Below, piece by piece: positions 1 to 11,100 of a stretch of 64,000 bases of DNA; within the stretch, counting starts at the first letter, position 1, and each line of letters starts with the position of its first letter. Origin of the DNA: Octopus vulgaris (lineage: Eukaryota). Both the position numbers and the translations under genes were made by a program. The notes under the pieces are model-generated. The model was given only the letters and a program-made list of their open reading frames with translations. It was not told the origin of the DNA and did not search any database. Where the stretch lies: positions 73,036,001 through 73,100,000 of the forward strand of contig OX597815.1 of assembly GCA_951406725.2 (NCBI GenBank). Direction: 5' to 3'.

Positions 1-262
1 CACACGCACGCACGCACGCACACACACACACACACACTTTACACACACAGACATATATATTATATAGACATACATTATATATTACACACACATACACACA
101 CGCATTCACACACTCATATATTTACATATAGAGATAGATACATACATATATACATGCATACGTACATACATACATACATGCATATATTCATACATACATA
201 CATACATACATACATACATACATACATACATACATACATACATACATACATACATACATACA
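1..262. repeat. (CA)n/(TACA)n microsatellite
   Basis: Directly visible simple repeats. Confidence 0.95.
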
Positions 263-849
263 ATGTAGATATTATATCAATTCTTGCTGCCAAGCCTTCT
301 TCCTTTGTTTAGTTTCTTTGTATTGTCTCAGAGCTCCTTCAACAAAGACCACTTAACTGCAAACCGTCCTGCTTGAAATCTATATTTCTTAATTTGTGAA
401 GAACAACAGTTGTTGATTTGAAAAAAAAAATCCCACAAAAAGCAACCATTGTCATCTTCTACTTTTCTTTACAATTATGTGACTCATGAGCCGACGTGGC
501 TGGCTAGACGTGGGCCACTCAGTATGCTAGAAATAAAAACAAAATTTCCAAAAATGTCGAAATCACAATGCAGCGAATTGGTACGATTGTTAGAACATCA
601 TAATAGACAGTATCGCGTTATATGTTCCGACCTTCTGCGATCTGCGTTCAGATCCTGCTGGGATCAACTTTGCCTATCATCCTTTCGGGGGTCGATAAAG
701 AAAGTGAGATTCAGGGCGGTGAATTGACAGAACAAACTGGTACTCCGTCGGTTACGACGTTGAGTGTTTCAGTTGATCAGATCAACAGAACAATCTGCTC
801 GTGAAATTAACGTGCAAGTGGCTGAGCACTCCACAAACACGCGTCACCT

Positions 850-924
<75 letters not shown>

Positions 925-1539
925 CAGACAGACAGACAGAGAGAGACAGAGAGAGAGACAGATAGACAGATGTAACGAATAGCTTCGTAGATTCTAATCC
1001 AGGATTTGAAACAGAATCTAGATTTTTTTTCTACAAGTTCCTTTCCTACTGTTCTCGGCTTTTGCACATGGAAATTTATGAGAGTCAACTGGCACACTTA
1101 CTTAAGTTCTATTATTTAAGTGAACATTCTTGGTTTAAATAAAGTTCGAGAGAGGTAAACTCATTACATTCCATAAGTCTCTGACCTATATCCAGTTTTC
1201 CAGCATATATAAGTACTGTAACCAAATTCGACTGTTTCTTCTTTCTTTCGGTGCCGACAGAGGAAGCACCTTATGAGAGGAACTATACAGCTCTTACCTT
1301 CTCTACTTTTCTAGACTCTTTTGCTCTTACTCTTACTCTCCTTTTTTTCCCACCAGTCTTCTAGCAGTTACTCCCAGAGGAAGTTAACTACCTACAGAAT
1401 GGACAACTGAACGGCAAATAATTTGTGTACCACGATTTAAAGTACTTGTATCCTATATTATAACGATGAAAATAAAAGACAATTTCAATTAATAATGAAT
1501 TTTCTTCTGTCATTTATTTGCTACATATCATCGTTTTAT

Positions 1540-1562
1540 ACACACACACATATATATTTGAA

Positions 1563-1600
<38 letters not shown>

Positions 1601-1922
1601 TGTGTGTGTGCATGTATATATGTATGCATATATATGTGTGTATATGTATATATACATACATATATATATATATATACATACGTGCATACATATACATGTT
1701 CATAAATATATACATACACATATACATAAACACACATACATTTACATACACACACGTACATATGCATGTATGTATATGTATGTATGTATGTTTGTGTGTA
1801 TGTATGTATGTATGTATGTATGTATGTATGTATGTATGTATGTATGTATGTATGTATGTATGTATGTATGTATGTATGTATGTGTGCATGCATGTATGTA
1901 TGTATGTATGCATGTATGTATG
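1540..1922. repeat. (TA)n/(TATG)n compound microsatellite
   Basis: Directly visible; source of spurious YIYI/VCMY ORFs. Confidence 0.95.
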
Positions 1923-2947
1923 TCTTGAAAACGAGAGGTAGAGAGACTTTGCACCACACTAATTTGAGATTTGTTTTGCTGGTGTTCGAGTGTAAAAGAC
2001 GAGTAGTGAGGTAAGTGAGGGGGGTTTCCTTCATAGCTCCAAATATCAACTTTCACAAAGAACCCCGAATATATGAAACGACATATATATGTTTGAGACA
2101 TAGGACAAGAAGTTTGAGTTTTAGGGAAATTAATTTTATTCAGCAGAAAGTTACAAAAATATCACAAGTAAGATATGGGAAGTAATTATCGACTGGAAAA
2201 AGGATGAGGAGAAAGACTTGACAGAAAAACGAAGGAGCAGTTCACATATAAATAGAGGCATGCATCTCCAATCTGGAAAAGAGCAGACAGAGGGGAAAAT
2301 GTTAACGAGTGTGGAAGAAGTAGTAGAACTAGAGAAGACAGATTCCGCTCTAGAAGAAAAAGAAGAAACATTCCTTAAATATGGGAGGAATTCCAACCAC
2401 GTTTCGTGGTTCGCTATGTCAACTGCTTTTTTATTGGATCCAGTGGCTAAAGTCATCATCAGGTGGAACCACGTCCGGTTTCGGCCCCCACTCCTCTACC
2501 GTTTTCAACGTGACGCTCTCCCCCTTTTCGGAGGTGTCTTCAGCTCTTGTGTTGAGTGCGTTTTTTCTTTCTCCTTTCTCCTTTGGCATTTTGTTCTTTG
2601 GTCTCTTCGATGCAGCGTCAACGAATGTCAGCGGGCGGACGACCATCCTGCCAAACTTCCCTTAAAATACTCGCCGGTAGGCTCCAACACACCCAGCGCC
2701 AGCTAACTGTCACGTGACACTATCTAAGCTTCAAATGACCAATGGAGAGAAAGGACGCGTAGTTTTGGCCCGCGCCCTCTCTAAACATCCCTTCCAACAG
2801 CGTCATGTTAGTTTCAGTTCCAGCAGTCAGAGCCGACTAATTATTTGGTGGTACAAGCCTTCGAACAAGGATGAGAGCGCGTAATGAACGAGATCGCTCC
2901 CTTGGCCCACCTCTCAATCAACAATGCTGTTTAAGTATCAGCCAGCT

Positions 2948-3199
2948 TCACCTAGCGGCGCTATTTCCCAGTCGGCCTGTTATGGCTTCGAGCCATTTTT
3001 GGTCTTCTCGTTTTAGCCATATATAGAAGCTGGCTTTGTCGACTACCTCCTTTATCCTCCTTATTACTTTTCTCAGCTTTGAGCTCGAAAATGCAAACCT
3101 TCTTTTAAATAACGTCTCATTTTCTTTTAATGAAGTCTCTAGCCCCCACTGCCAGGTGGTAATACTCAACAATCGATCCCTGTTCTCAGCACTCTTCAA
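2948..3199 (-). mobile_element. Possible C-terminal fragment of an RLE-type (Hero/NeSL-like) non-LTR retrotransposon
   Basis: Translation KVIRRIKEVVDKASFYIWLKREDQKW resembles the C-terminal helix of RLE-encoding LINE proteins; short and degenerate. Confidence 0.35.
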
Positions 3200-3393
3200 T
3201 TAAGTGAAATACTATTTGAAGAATGTGTAGAACACAAAAAAAGAGAATATGAGGAAATATGGAAAACTAGAAATCAAAACTTTGAAGAGAAGTTTCATTC
3301 AGAGTTTTTCAAGAATCCAGTGAGATAAGGAGTAATAAGGAGAGCTGGTTATGGCTAAAGTAAAGGAGTTCTGAAGGCGGAAACAGAGGGAAT
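3200..3393 (+). mobile_element. Small fragment of an R4/Dong-like LINE
   Basis: Encodes a frameshifted WLWL..KGVLKAETEGII-like motif seen after the RT in R4-clade proteins. Confidence 0.4.
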
Positions 3394-4953
3394 AATCAAC
3401 CATCTCACAATAAGTAAATGTATATTTGTTCAAAACCAGTTGTTTTCCCACTGAGTGTTGGTAACACCTATCTGCGCACTTTCTGTTAATTGGATTAGCA
3501 CAGACGAAAACAAACGGCAGCCATCATCGTGTAGCAGCAACATTTCTGCTGTCCCAAATTATTAAGCAGATGCCCAATTTAAGTGTCAGTATGGGTCAGA
3601 AACGTGATCTTACTTTGAATGAGAAGTCTACCATCGTGTCAGAGCTTGAAAAGGGGAAAAAAGTCATAGAAATATCCAAAATACTGGGAAGAGATCACCG
3701 AAGAGTGAAGAAATTTGTACAGTCTCCTATTCCTGTCCTGTCTAGGGCAGATAAGGGCAAGTCGAAGGTTGCTTCGAACCGTACTTTGCCACGTGTGAAA
3801 AGCGAAGCTGTGCTGAAACCATGTCTGACAAATAGAGAAGTCTTCAAACGTTGTGGCAGGAAAGAGGTATCGAAAACTACCATGTGTCGCCTCTTGAAGC
3901 AGGTAGCTAGGCATATTAAATCTGTTACAAGGCCCCTTCTGAAAGCTGTTCATAAACAGAAGAGGCTTAAATGGGCAGAAGAATACATGAAGATATATTT
4001 TTCAACTGTTCTGTTCATTTATGAATGCCGTGCTACCCTTGACGGACCTGATGGCTGGAGTAAAGTTTGGGTATCAATCAGCGGGAATTGTCCTCATCGT
4101 TTGAGCCGCCAGGAGGGGGAGGTAGATTCACATTTTGGGCTGGCGTCGTTGGTGGTATGATGGTTGGGCTATAGAATGTCCCAGATGGCATTAAGATAAC
4201 ATAGAAAACATATGTTACCTTCTTAAAGGACAGTTTCCAACCGTGGTTCAAAAAGCAAAACTTTCATTCAAGAGAAAGCTGGTCTTTATGCAAGATAATG
4301 CCCCGTCTCATGCAGCGAAGGATTCTAAGGAATATCTGCAGCAAATATACTTCACTGGAGGCCGTTTGATGGAGTAGCCACCTTGTTTTCCTGACATAGA
4401 CCCGATCGAGAACCTGTGGAGTGTCCTGAAGAAACACATTTCCCAAGATGGACGGCAGTTTTCAAGTAAAGTTGCCCTCTGGGATGCTATCGTAGATGCT
4501 GCTGAAAGCATGACACAAGAGGATATCATTACCTTGACAAATTCAATGGATCAGTGCATAAGGAACGTTATTGCATGTAGAGGATCATACGTCAAACATT
4601 AAGAGCTGTATTATTTCCCATGATTATTTTCATTCGAACGTGTTAATATGTTTACCATTAAGTTCTTTATGAATATTTATTTTTGTTAAACCTTTACTGT
4701 TGAATTAAATAAATGTTTGTTCTGACACAATTATCATTCTTATTATACTTGCCTAATAATTTCTGATGGTAAAAATGTTGCCCAATCACAAAAATGGCCG
4801 CCATTTGTTGGATCTGCACAGATCCGATTTAAATTAACAGAACGTGTGCAGATAGGTATTGCCAACAGTCAGAGGGAAAACAACTGGTTTTCAACAAATA
4901 TACATTTATTTATTGGGATAAGGTTGATTTGCCTAATAATTTGGGAGGCAGTG
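3394..4953 (+). mobile_element. Degenerate Tc1-family DNA transposon with long IR/DR-type inverted repeats; outer left end missing
   Basis: 3394-3495 is an imperfect reverse complement of ~4830-4930; right end ...GGGAGGCAGTG|TA; the terminal motif recurs internally at ~3545-3570 and ~4749-4765; transposase remnant inside. Confidence 0.85.
3591..4602 (+). pseudogene. Tc1 DD34E-type transposase, disrupted
   Basis: N-terminal HTH region, HKQKRLKWA, VLFIYEC (first D lost), FMQDNAPSH, PDIDPIENLWSVLK; frameshift near 4115 and internal stops. Confidence 0.85.
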
Positions 4954-5204
4954 TAGATGAGAACAAACCTCGAAAAATTTTAGCTTTACCTGTAAGCTAT
5001 TTACTCGGTTCAGTAACAATTGCCCAGAAACTTCTCAGTACAAAGTATGAACTGACATACAGCGTAGAAAAACAAACGTTTATACAGAAGGACCAAAATG
5101 CTCACGTGTTGTGGTTTCATTGGAAACATAATTAAACCAGGCACAACACTAATTCCATGAAGAAACGGAATACAACAACAATAACAACAATAATAGTAAT
5201 AATC

Positions 5205-5365
5205 CTTTCTACTGCAGGCACAAGGCCTCAAATTTGGGGGAGATGATTAAATCGATTACATCGACCCCAGTGCATAACTGGTACTTATTTAATCGACTCC
5301 GAAAGGATGAAAGGCAAAGTCGACGTCGGCAGAATTTGAACTCAACATAAAGACGGACGAAATGC
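5205..5365 (-). mobile_element. tRNA-derived SINE (Nin/Deu-like core)
   Basis: Reverse complement contains GTTCAAATTC and TTTGCCTTTCATCCTTTCGG..GTCGAT..AAGTACCAG core; same family recurs many times in the window. Confidence 0.7.
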
Positions 5366-5399
5366 TGAATTTTGTATCTCATACCATGAAGCTCTGGAG

Positions 5400-6502
5400 T
5401 GGCCATAAATTCTCAATACTGGTGTAAACTCCCAAAGCGCGGGATAACTCAATATTAATTGTGGAATCTTTCAAGGTGGCTCATTATCTACTTTGTTGCT
5501 CTACTTAGCACTGTTTCCTTTAAGTAAACTCTTGAATGAAACAAATTATGGATACAGAGTGTAAGGAAAAACAGTCACCTCCTATATATAGATGATTTGA
5601 ATCTGTTCGCAAAAAATGACCAACTGCAAACGCTCCTACACACAGTCAAAAAGTTTTGTGATGATATCAAGATGGAATTTGGGATTGGCAAATGCGCCAA
5701 GGTTACATTTACCAAGGGAAATCTATCAAATATATACAACCGCACTCTCGATAGAGACACCGAGATAAAAGAATAAAGGAACTAGAACCTCAGGGCAATT
5801 ATAAATATCTAGGAGCATGTGAAGGAGACGAAATAAAACATAGTCAAACAAACCAGGCCTCCAACATGTTAAGAAAAAGTGGGAGCAAAGTCTAATGCAC
5901 GGCAAATACTCGACTAAAATCAGGAACCCTGATGTAGACTAAGCCCTTATACATCAATGGCTGTCATGCTCCGGTATCAAACCAAAATCTAATGGGTATA
6001 TCATTGCTACTTGGGTCCGGTCCTTTCTAGCTAGGAATTACTAAGGTAATGTCCTGAAATATTAAAGTAGTCCATTATGCCACATATGTGGAGGGCACCC
6101 TGAGACAATCTGCCACATAACCTGTCGATGCAGCAGACTGGCACTAACAGAATACTTGCAAAGGAATGACAGGGTATACACTGGTCAATATGCCGCACAT
6201 ACAACCACCTTTACGCAAGCCACCATAAGTTGCCCAGAATGCCGAGGCTACCATCCTTTGGAATTTCAATGTTCACATACAGGAAAACCGCTGACCTGAT
6301 CTCATTGTGAAACATCATATTGAAAAATTTTGTGTTCTGATTAATGTTGCAGCCCCAGCCGACAAAAACACATCTATGAAAATGTTTGAAAAACTTAGCA
6401 AATATGAGGAGCTGGAAATTGAAATTGGAAGAATGCGGCATCTCAAAACAACAATATTGCCAGTTATTATTGTGGTACTTGGAATGATATCAAGTATGTA
6501 GT
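5400..6502 (+). pseudogene. Degenerate R4/Dong-like RLE non-LTR retrotransposon (RT, CCHC, endonuclease remnants)
   Basis: GIFQGGSLSTLL, HLLYIDDLNLFAK, CHICGGHPETICHITCRC and INVAAPADKN..EKLSKYEELEIEIGR..PVII motifs in the correct order; many stops and deletions. Confidence 0.75.
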
Positions 6503-6996
6503 CCAAATACTTAGCAACCCCCAAATTTACATATTCTATGTAAATTCCTCTTCATATATATGTAACCGTACTCACTCTGTTTTTCATTTTGCGTCCCTCA
6601 AACATCAGTGTTTTCGATTGCATGGCACGTCAGCTGTTTACATCTTCAGATGCAAAACCTTGTCTTTTGATGCTTCTGGTTGAGACTTGGGTACAACATG
6701 TATCAATTACAGCAAATGTAAAACATATAATAATGATGGACTCTCTCGTCGAAACCGACGTATGAGCGTTCAACTTCATTTGTTTATAGAGATTAAATGT
6801 GTGTGCTGTACATTAACTCAACCCTTCCACGTACTTTAACTCAACTCTTCCGCGCTCGTATATTTCTGAGGCATGTGCCAAGTGTACCTCTATCAGACGG
6901 GTAATCATACTGGGCTTCGTATATTTGTACCCCAGCGTCACATGTGTGGTATGTGATGCTCTTTTACTCAATAACGATGACGATAATAATAATAAT

Positions 6997-7208
6997 GGCT
7001 TCAAATTTTGCCACAAGGGCAGCAATTTGGGGGAGGGGATGAGTCGATTACATCGTCCCCAGTGTTCAACTGGTACTTAATTTATCAACCCCGGAAGGAT
7101 GAAAGGCAAAGTTGACCTCCACGGAATTTGAACTCAGAATGTAAAAACGTGCGACATATCGATAAGTATTTCGTCCAGCGTGCTAACGATTCTGCCAGCT
7201 CACCACCA
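6997..7208 (-). mobile_element. tRNA-derived SINE within (AAT)n
   Basis: Same core as 5205-5365; flanked by (AAT)n. Confidence 0.75.
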
Positions 7209-7214
7209 ATAATG

Positions 7215-7274
<60 letters not shown>

Positions 7275-7276
<2 letters not shown>

Positions 7277-7480
7277 CCTTTCTACTATAGGCACAAGGCC
7301 TGAAAATTGGAGTAGTTGATTACATCGACCCTAGTACTCAACTAGAACTTAATTTATCGAACCCCAAAGGATGAAAGGCAAATTCGACATCGGCGGAATT
7401 TGAACTCAGAACGTAGCGACGGGCGAAATAACGCTAAGCATTCCGTCCAGCGTGCTAACAATTCTGCCAGCTCGCCACCT
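7275..7480 (-). mobile_element. tRNA-derived SINE within (AAT)n
   Basis: Same family, adjacent copy. Confidence 0.75.
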
Positions 7481-7491
7481 CAGTAACATTA

Positions 7492-7626
<135 letters not shown>

Positions 7627-8120
7627 GCAGTAGAAAACAAAGAATGAAAAATAGTTTGACATTCACTGAATTTGGTATTTTTAGCTATTTTTTTTTCTTT
7701 TTTATCGTTTATGTTTAGTTTCATATTCGTTTCCTACTTCATACATAGTATATGTGCGTATACATATATATACATGTAGATACATACATATACATACATA
7801 CACACATGAGTGTCTGTCTGTGTGTGTGCGCGCGCGCACGTGCGTGTGTGTGTGTGATATTGAATTACAGATGATGAGTCGTTCTCGTCCATTGTTTCCC
7901 CCAAATATTGATCAATGACCGTTAATAAAGACCCTTTTTGGCATTGTGATTCATTGTCTGTGGAGTTCTAGTGTGCTTTTTTTTCTTCTTTTTTTTTGCC
8001 TTACGAAAATATCATCATCAATATCAAAGACTTATGGAGAATGATTAGTAACCGAATATTGTTGAAATAAAAACAAACGAAAATAATACTGACATTTCAA
8101 AAAATATAATATTGCCCAAA

Positions 8121-8200
<80 letters not shown>

Positions 8201-8201
<1 letters not shown>

Positions 8202-8562
8202 AAACAAGTGGATGTATTCCACCGAAACTAGGTAAATAAAACCATCGAACAGAGATTGTCGGAAGCGACACCTACTGGCTGGCTACGCTGCATTGAAAAG
8301 GGGCAATACCCTGAAACGCGTCTGTAGCTGCCAGTCAAGTAGTGTGGAGCGACTGACCTCCCTTGTTCGAAGGTTATATGGATACAGTTTGTGTATCAAA
8401 TAGCTAACTTAAGGCGATGGCCTCATGGAGCTAATAAGCGGACAGCTTTTTTCTTATTTTTATAAGAATGCCATATTAGTATGGCGATAACTATTATTTT
8501 CCGGGAACGCTGCCGCTGTTCTCTTTTAGAGAGACTTAGTTATTTTAATATTTCTATTATTG
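8201..8562 (+). repeat. 362-bp hammerhead-containing tandem repeat unit 1 (retrozyme-like) with an empty LINE target site
   Basis: AAAACAAGTGGATG starts at 8201 and again at 8563 and 21916; uninterrupted AGAGATTGTC-GGAAGCGACACCTACTG-GCTGGC at 8251-8283; preceded by (TA)n. Confidence 0.9.
8274..8335 (+). ncRNA. Minimal type I hammerhead ribozyme, U3-A8 core variant
   Basis: Stem I GCTGCA(8287-92)/TGTAGC(8323-28); core TTGAAAA; stem II GGGG-caata-CCCT; GAAA; palindromic ACGCGT stem III; GTC triplet (predicted cut after 8322); outer stem I ACTGGC/GCCAGT. Confidence 0.8.
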
Positions 8563-8619
8563 AAAACAAGTGGATGTATTCCACCGAAACTAGGTAAATA
8601 AAACCATCGAACAGAGATT

Positions 8620-10630
8620 TTATTGTTGTATGCCAGACTTGTTCGGGGACATACTGGCAAGCGTCTAAGCAAACTGGCAACAGAATGGGAGGATTCCCAG
8701 TTCTGTGAGCCGGGGAGTTGTGACGCTGATCAAGAAAGACCCGAGCAAGGGGGATAATATTAGTAATTATAGGCCCATAACTCTACTTAATGTAGAGTTA
8801 AAGATTTTGGCCAAGGTGTTAGCAGAAAGGTTGAAGGTCGTCATGGAAAAACTTGTCGGAAAGGCACAGACATGTGCAATCCCAGGCAGGTCGATCGAAG
8901 ATAATCTTCACCTTCTACGCTACACTATAGACAGGGTTGGGCAATTAGCCGGCAAAGGAGGGGCATTGGTCCATTTAGACCAAAGTAAAGCATTTGATAG
9001 GGTAGATCATCAGTACCTGGCGACGGTTCTCGAAGCGGCTGGGCTAGGTCCTGACTTTCGCGGGTGGATATCAGCTATGTACAGCGGTATCAAGTCCACA
9101 GTCCAGATAAACGGTTACTTAACGGAACCATTTTCGATTAAGCGTTCAGTTCGTCAAGGATGTCCCTTGTCCCCTCTCCTGTACGTTTTGGCTCTTGAGC
9201 CATTGCTGCGGAAGTTGGAGACGGTGAGATGCAATCCTAATGAAATCGGATGCGGTAAGTCTGTTTCTGCGTATGCGGATGACGTCACCTTCATCGTGTC
9301 CAACGAAGCACAACTAACTCGTGTAGAAGGTGCTCTCCGAAGATACGAAGCGGTGGCTGGGGCAAAAGTTAACAAGGACAAGTCCACTAGTTTGCGCCTC
9401 GGCACCTGGAGGAACAAGCCGATATCGTCCAGTGTTGTTGGACACTGGACAGATGGTCCTGTTAAATTGCTTGGAGTTTGGTTTGGTTCAGACTCCCAGA
9501 CGGAGAAAAATTGGAGCGAGGTAGTGACCAAGGTAGAAGCCATAGTTCGGGAGTGGTCCGGAAGGCATCTTTCCTTGAAAGGGAGGGCGGAGGTGGTACA
9601 GGTGTTTATAGCATCTGTAATCACCTATCGCCTGACTGTCGTGCCTTGCCCCGATTTGTGGCTAAGCAAGTTGGATCGACTCCTTTTCCGCTTTTTGTGG
9701 AAGGGAGGAAAGCCACTTGTAAGGCGCTCCGTGTGTTGCCAGGAACCACTAAAGGATGGGCTGGGGATGCCTTGGTTAATGATGCGCAGGCATGCGCTGA
9801 GACTGAGACATCTCTGGTTTCACCTGGAAGGTGATAAGGTGTGGAGTCCGCTGGCAGATAATTTCTTCCCGCAACCGGACTCTATGGAGAGATTTAAACC
9901 CGGTTTCATTAAAAGACGGAACCTGACTTTATGGCAGAAAGAGTGCCGACAGGCACTCTGGCTGATCCACAAGATAGGCAAAGCCGGCTGCGGGAATACC
10001 ACCTCGACATTTTATAGAAGGATGGTAGAGGCAAAAAATGACGACGTCCTAAGAGGGTCTCTGGGGTTCGATGAGGATCAACTATCCGACCTGTTTAAGA
10101 AGACTTTCAAGCCGGGGTATTTGGACAATTACCAAAAATCCCTGACTTGGCAGTGCTATAGGAATGCTCTACCTGTTCGCGATAAGTTATATAGGCATGG
10201 AATGTCAGTGCCACCGACATGTCCAAGATGTGGGTTGGACGATGAAACCGTCCAGCACGCTTTTGTACATTGTCAGGAGCTGTCAGGCTTAATAAGTTAC
10301 GTAGAACACGTGTTGTCGCATCTGGGACGAGTACAGCTATCGGCTGGTTCTATAATAAAGATGATACCGCCAGCTGGACTCTCAAAGGAAGGTGAGGCTT
10401 GTTTTCACTGTACGGTGGCAGTACTGAAAGAGTGTGTGTGGAGAACTAGATTGGAAGGTTTGGTGTCAGGAACCTTTGTCTCTGGATATGGTATGTTAAA
10501 ATACTTCAGATACCATCTAAAGAGCAAAATGGATTTAGAGAAGAGGAACCTGACACAGAAAAAGTATGTGAATCGATGGAAGGATGTGATAAAAAAGGTG
10601 GGTGTGAGTAACCCTGCTTGGTCATCATGA
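8620..10630 (+). pseudogene. Truncated ORF2 (RT + C-terminal CCHC) of copy A
   Basis: Lacks the endonuclease; private TAC>TAA stop at 8666-8668; RT motifs LDQSKAFDRV, QGCPLSP, YADD present. Confidence 0.9.
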
Positions 10631-10866
10631 AGGGAGAAAATAGTCTCTGGGCTCTTAGGCTGTCGGGTAAGAATCCTGACTGTGATATATCTAGCTGGCC
10701 AAAATCATTTTTAATTTTAAAAAAAAAGGAGAAAAGTAAAGTCTAGTATCATAATCAATAATCAACATATGTAAATATCAAACGAACAACGTAAACTTTT
10801 TGTAATTATGTTTTGTATTGTAATGTACTATCTCTGTAAGATTTTTATAATCATAATAAAGATTTA
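8620..10866 (+). mobile_element. Tx1-clade LINE copy A, 5'-truncated
   Basis: Matches the 3' 2.25 kb of the full-length copies; joins the target unit at ...CAGAGATT via T microhomology; followed by the 17-bp target. Confidence 0.93.
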
Positions 10867-10883
10867 GGAAGCGACACCTACTG
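10867..10883 (+). repeat. 17-bp target-site duplication GGAAGCGACACCTACTG
   Basis: Identical copies at 8261, 10867, 16241, 21614, 21976, 27349 and 32723. Confidence 0.95.
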
Positions 10884-11100
10884 ATTTTTCCTTGGATTAC
10901 GTCGGATTATTTTACGCTGTAAGCTGTTATGTTAGTTCGTTCTGTTCTGGATTTACACGTACAATTTTTGGAGTATTAACTTGTGAAACAAAGTAATTTT
11001 CGCCCTTCGGGGTAGAAAATTTCTTTTTATATATGAACTTTAATTCAGTGTGGATTTAATTTTTATCTTGTCTCTTGTGACAAGTCACTTGCATTTTATT

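Noticed and set aside
1495-2101. Long ORFs rich in [12 protein letters not shown] (also at 35-45 kb, 51-54 kb and 62.6-64 kb)
   Set aside because: Translations of microsatellites that lack stop codons; no evidence of coding.
2218-2706. GC-richer block with ORFs on both strands as a possible host exon
   Set aside because: No recognisable domain or supportable splice structure; lies among transposon debris.
2858-2870. CCTTGTTCGAAGG (minus strand) shared with the 362-bp unit at 8361-8373
   Set aside because: A single 13-mer match with no flanking similarity is plausible by chance at this window size.
8261-8400. Target as a U1/U2/U6 snRNA, 5S rRNA or tRNA gene, as for known Tx1 families
   Set aside because: No match to those conserved sequences that I can recognise and no cloverleaf; the hammerhead fold explains the segment better.
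8555-8603. Second hammerhead in the 362-bp unit (TTGAAAACAAGTGGA..TCCACCGAAACTAGGTAAATAAAA)
   Set aside because: Hairpin plus GAAAC..GTA is suggestive, but core spacing is off and stems I and III do not pair cleanly; at most a degenerate relic.
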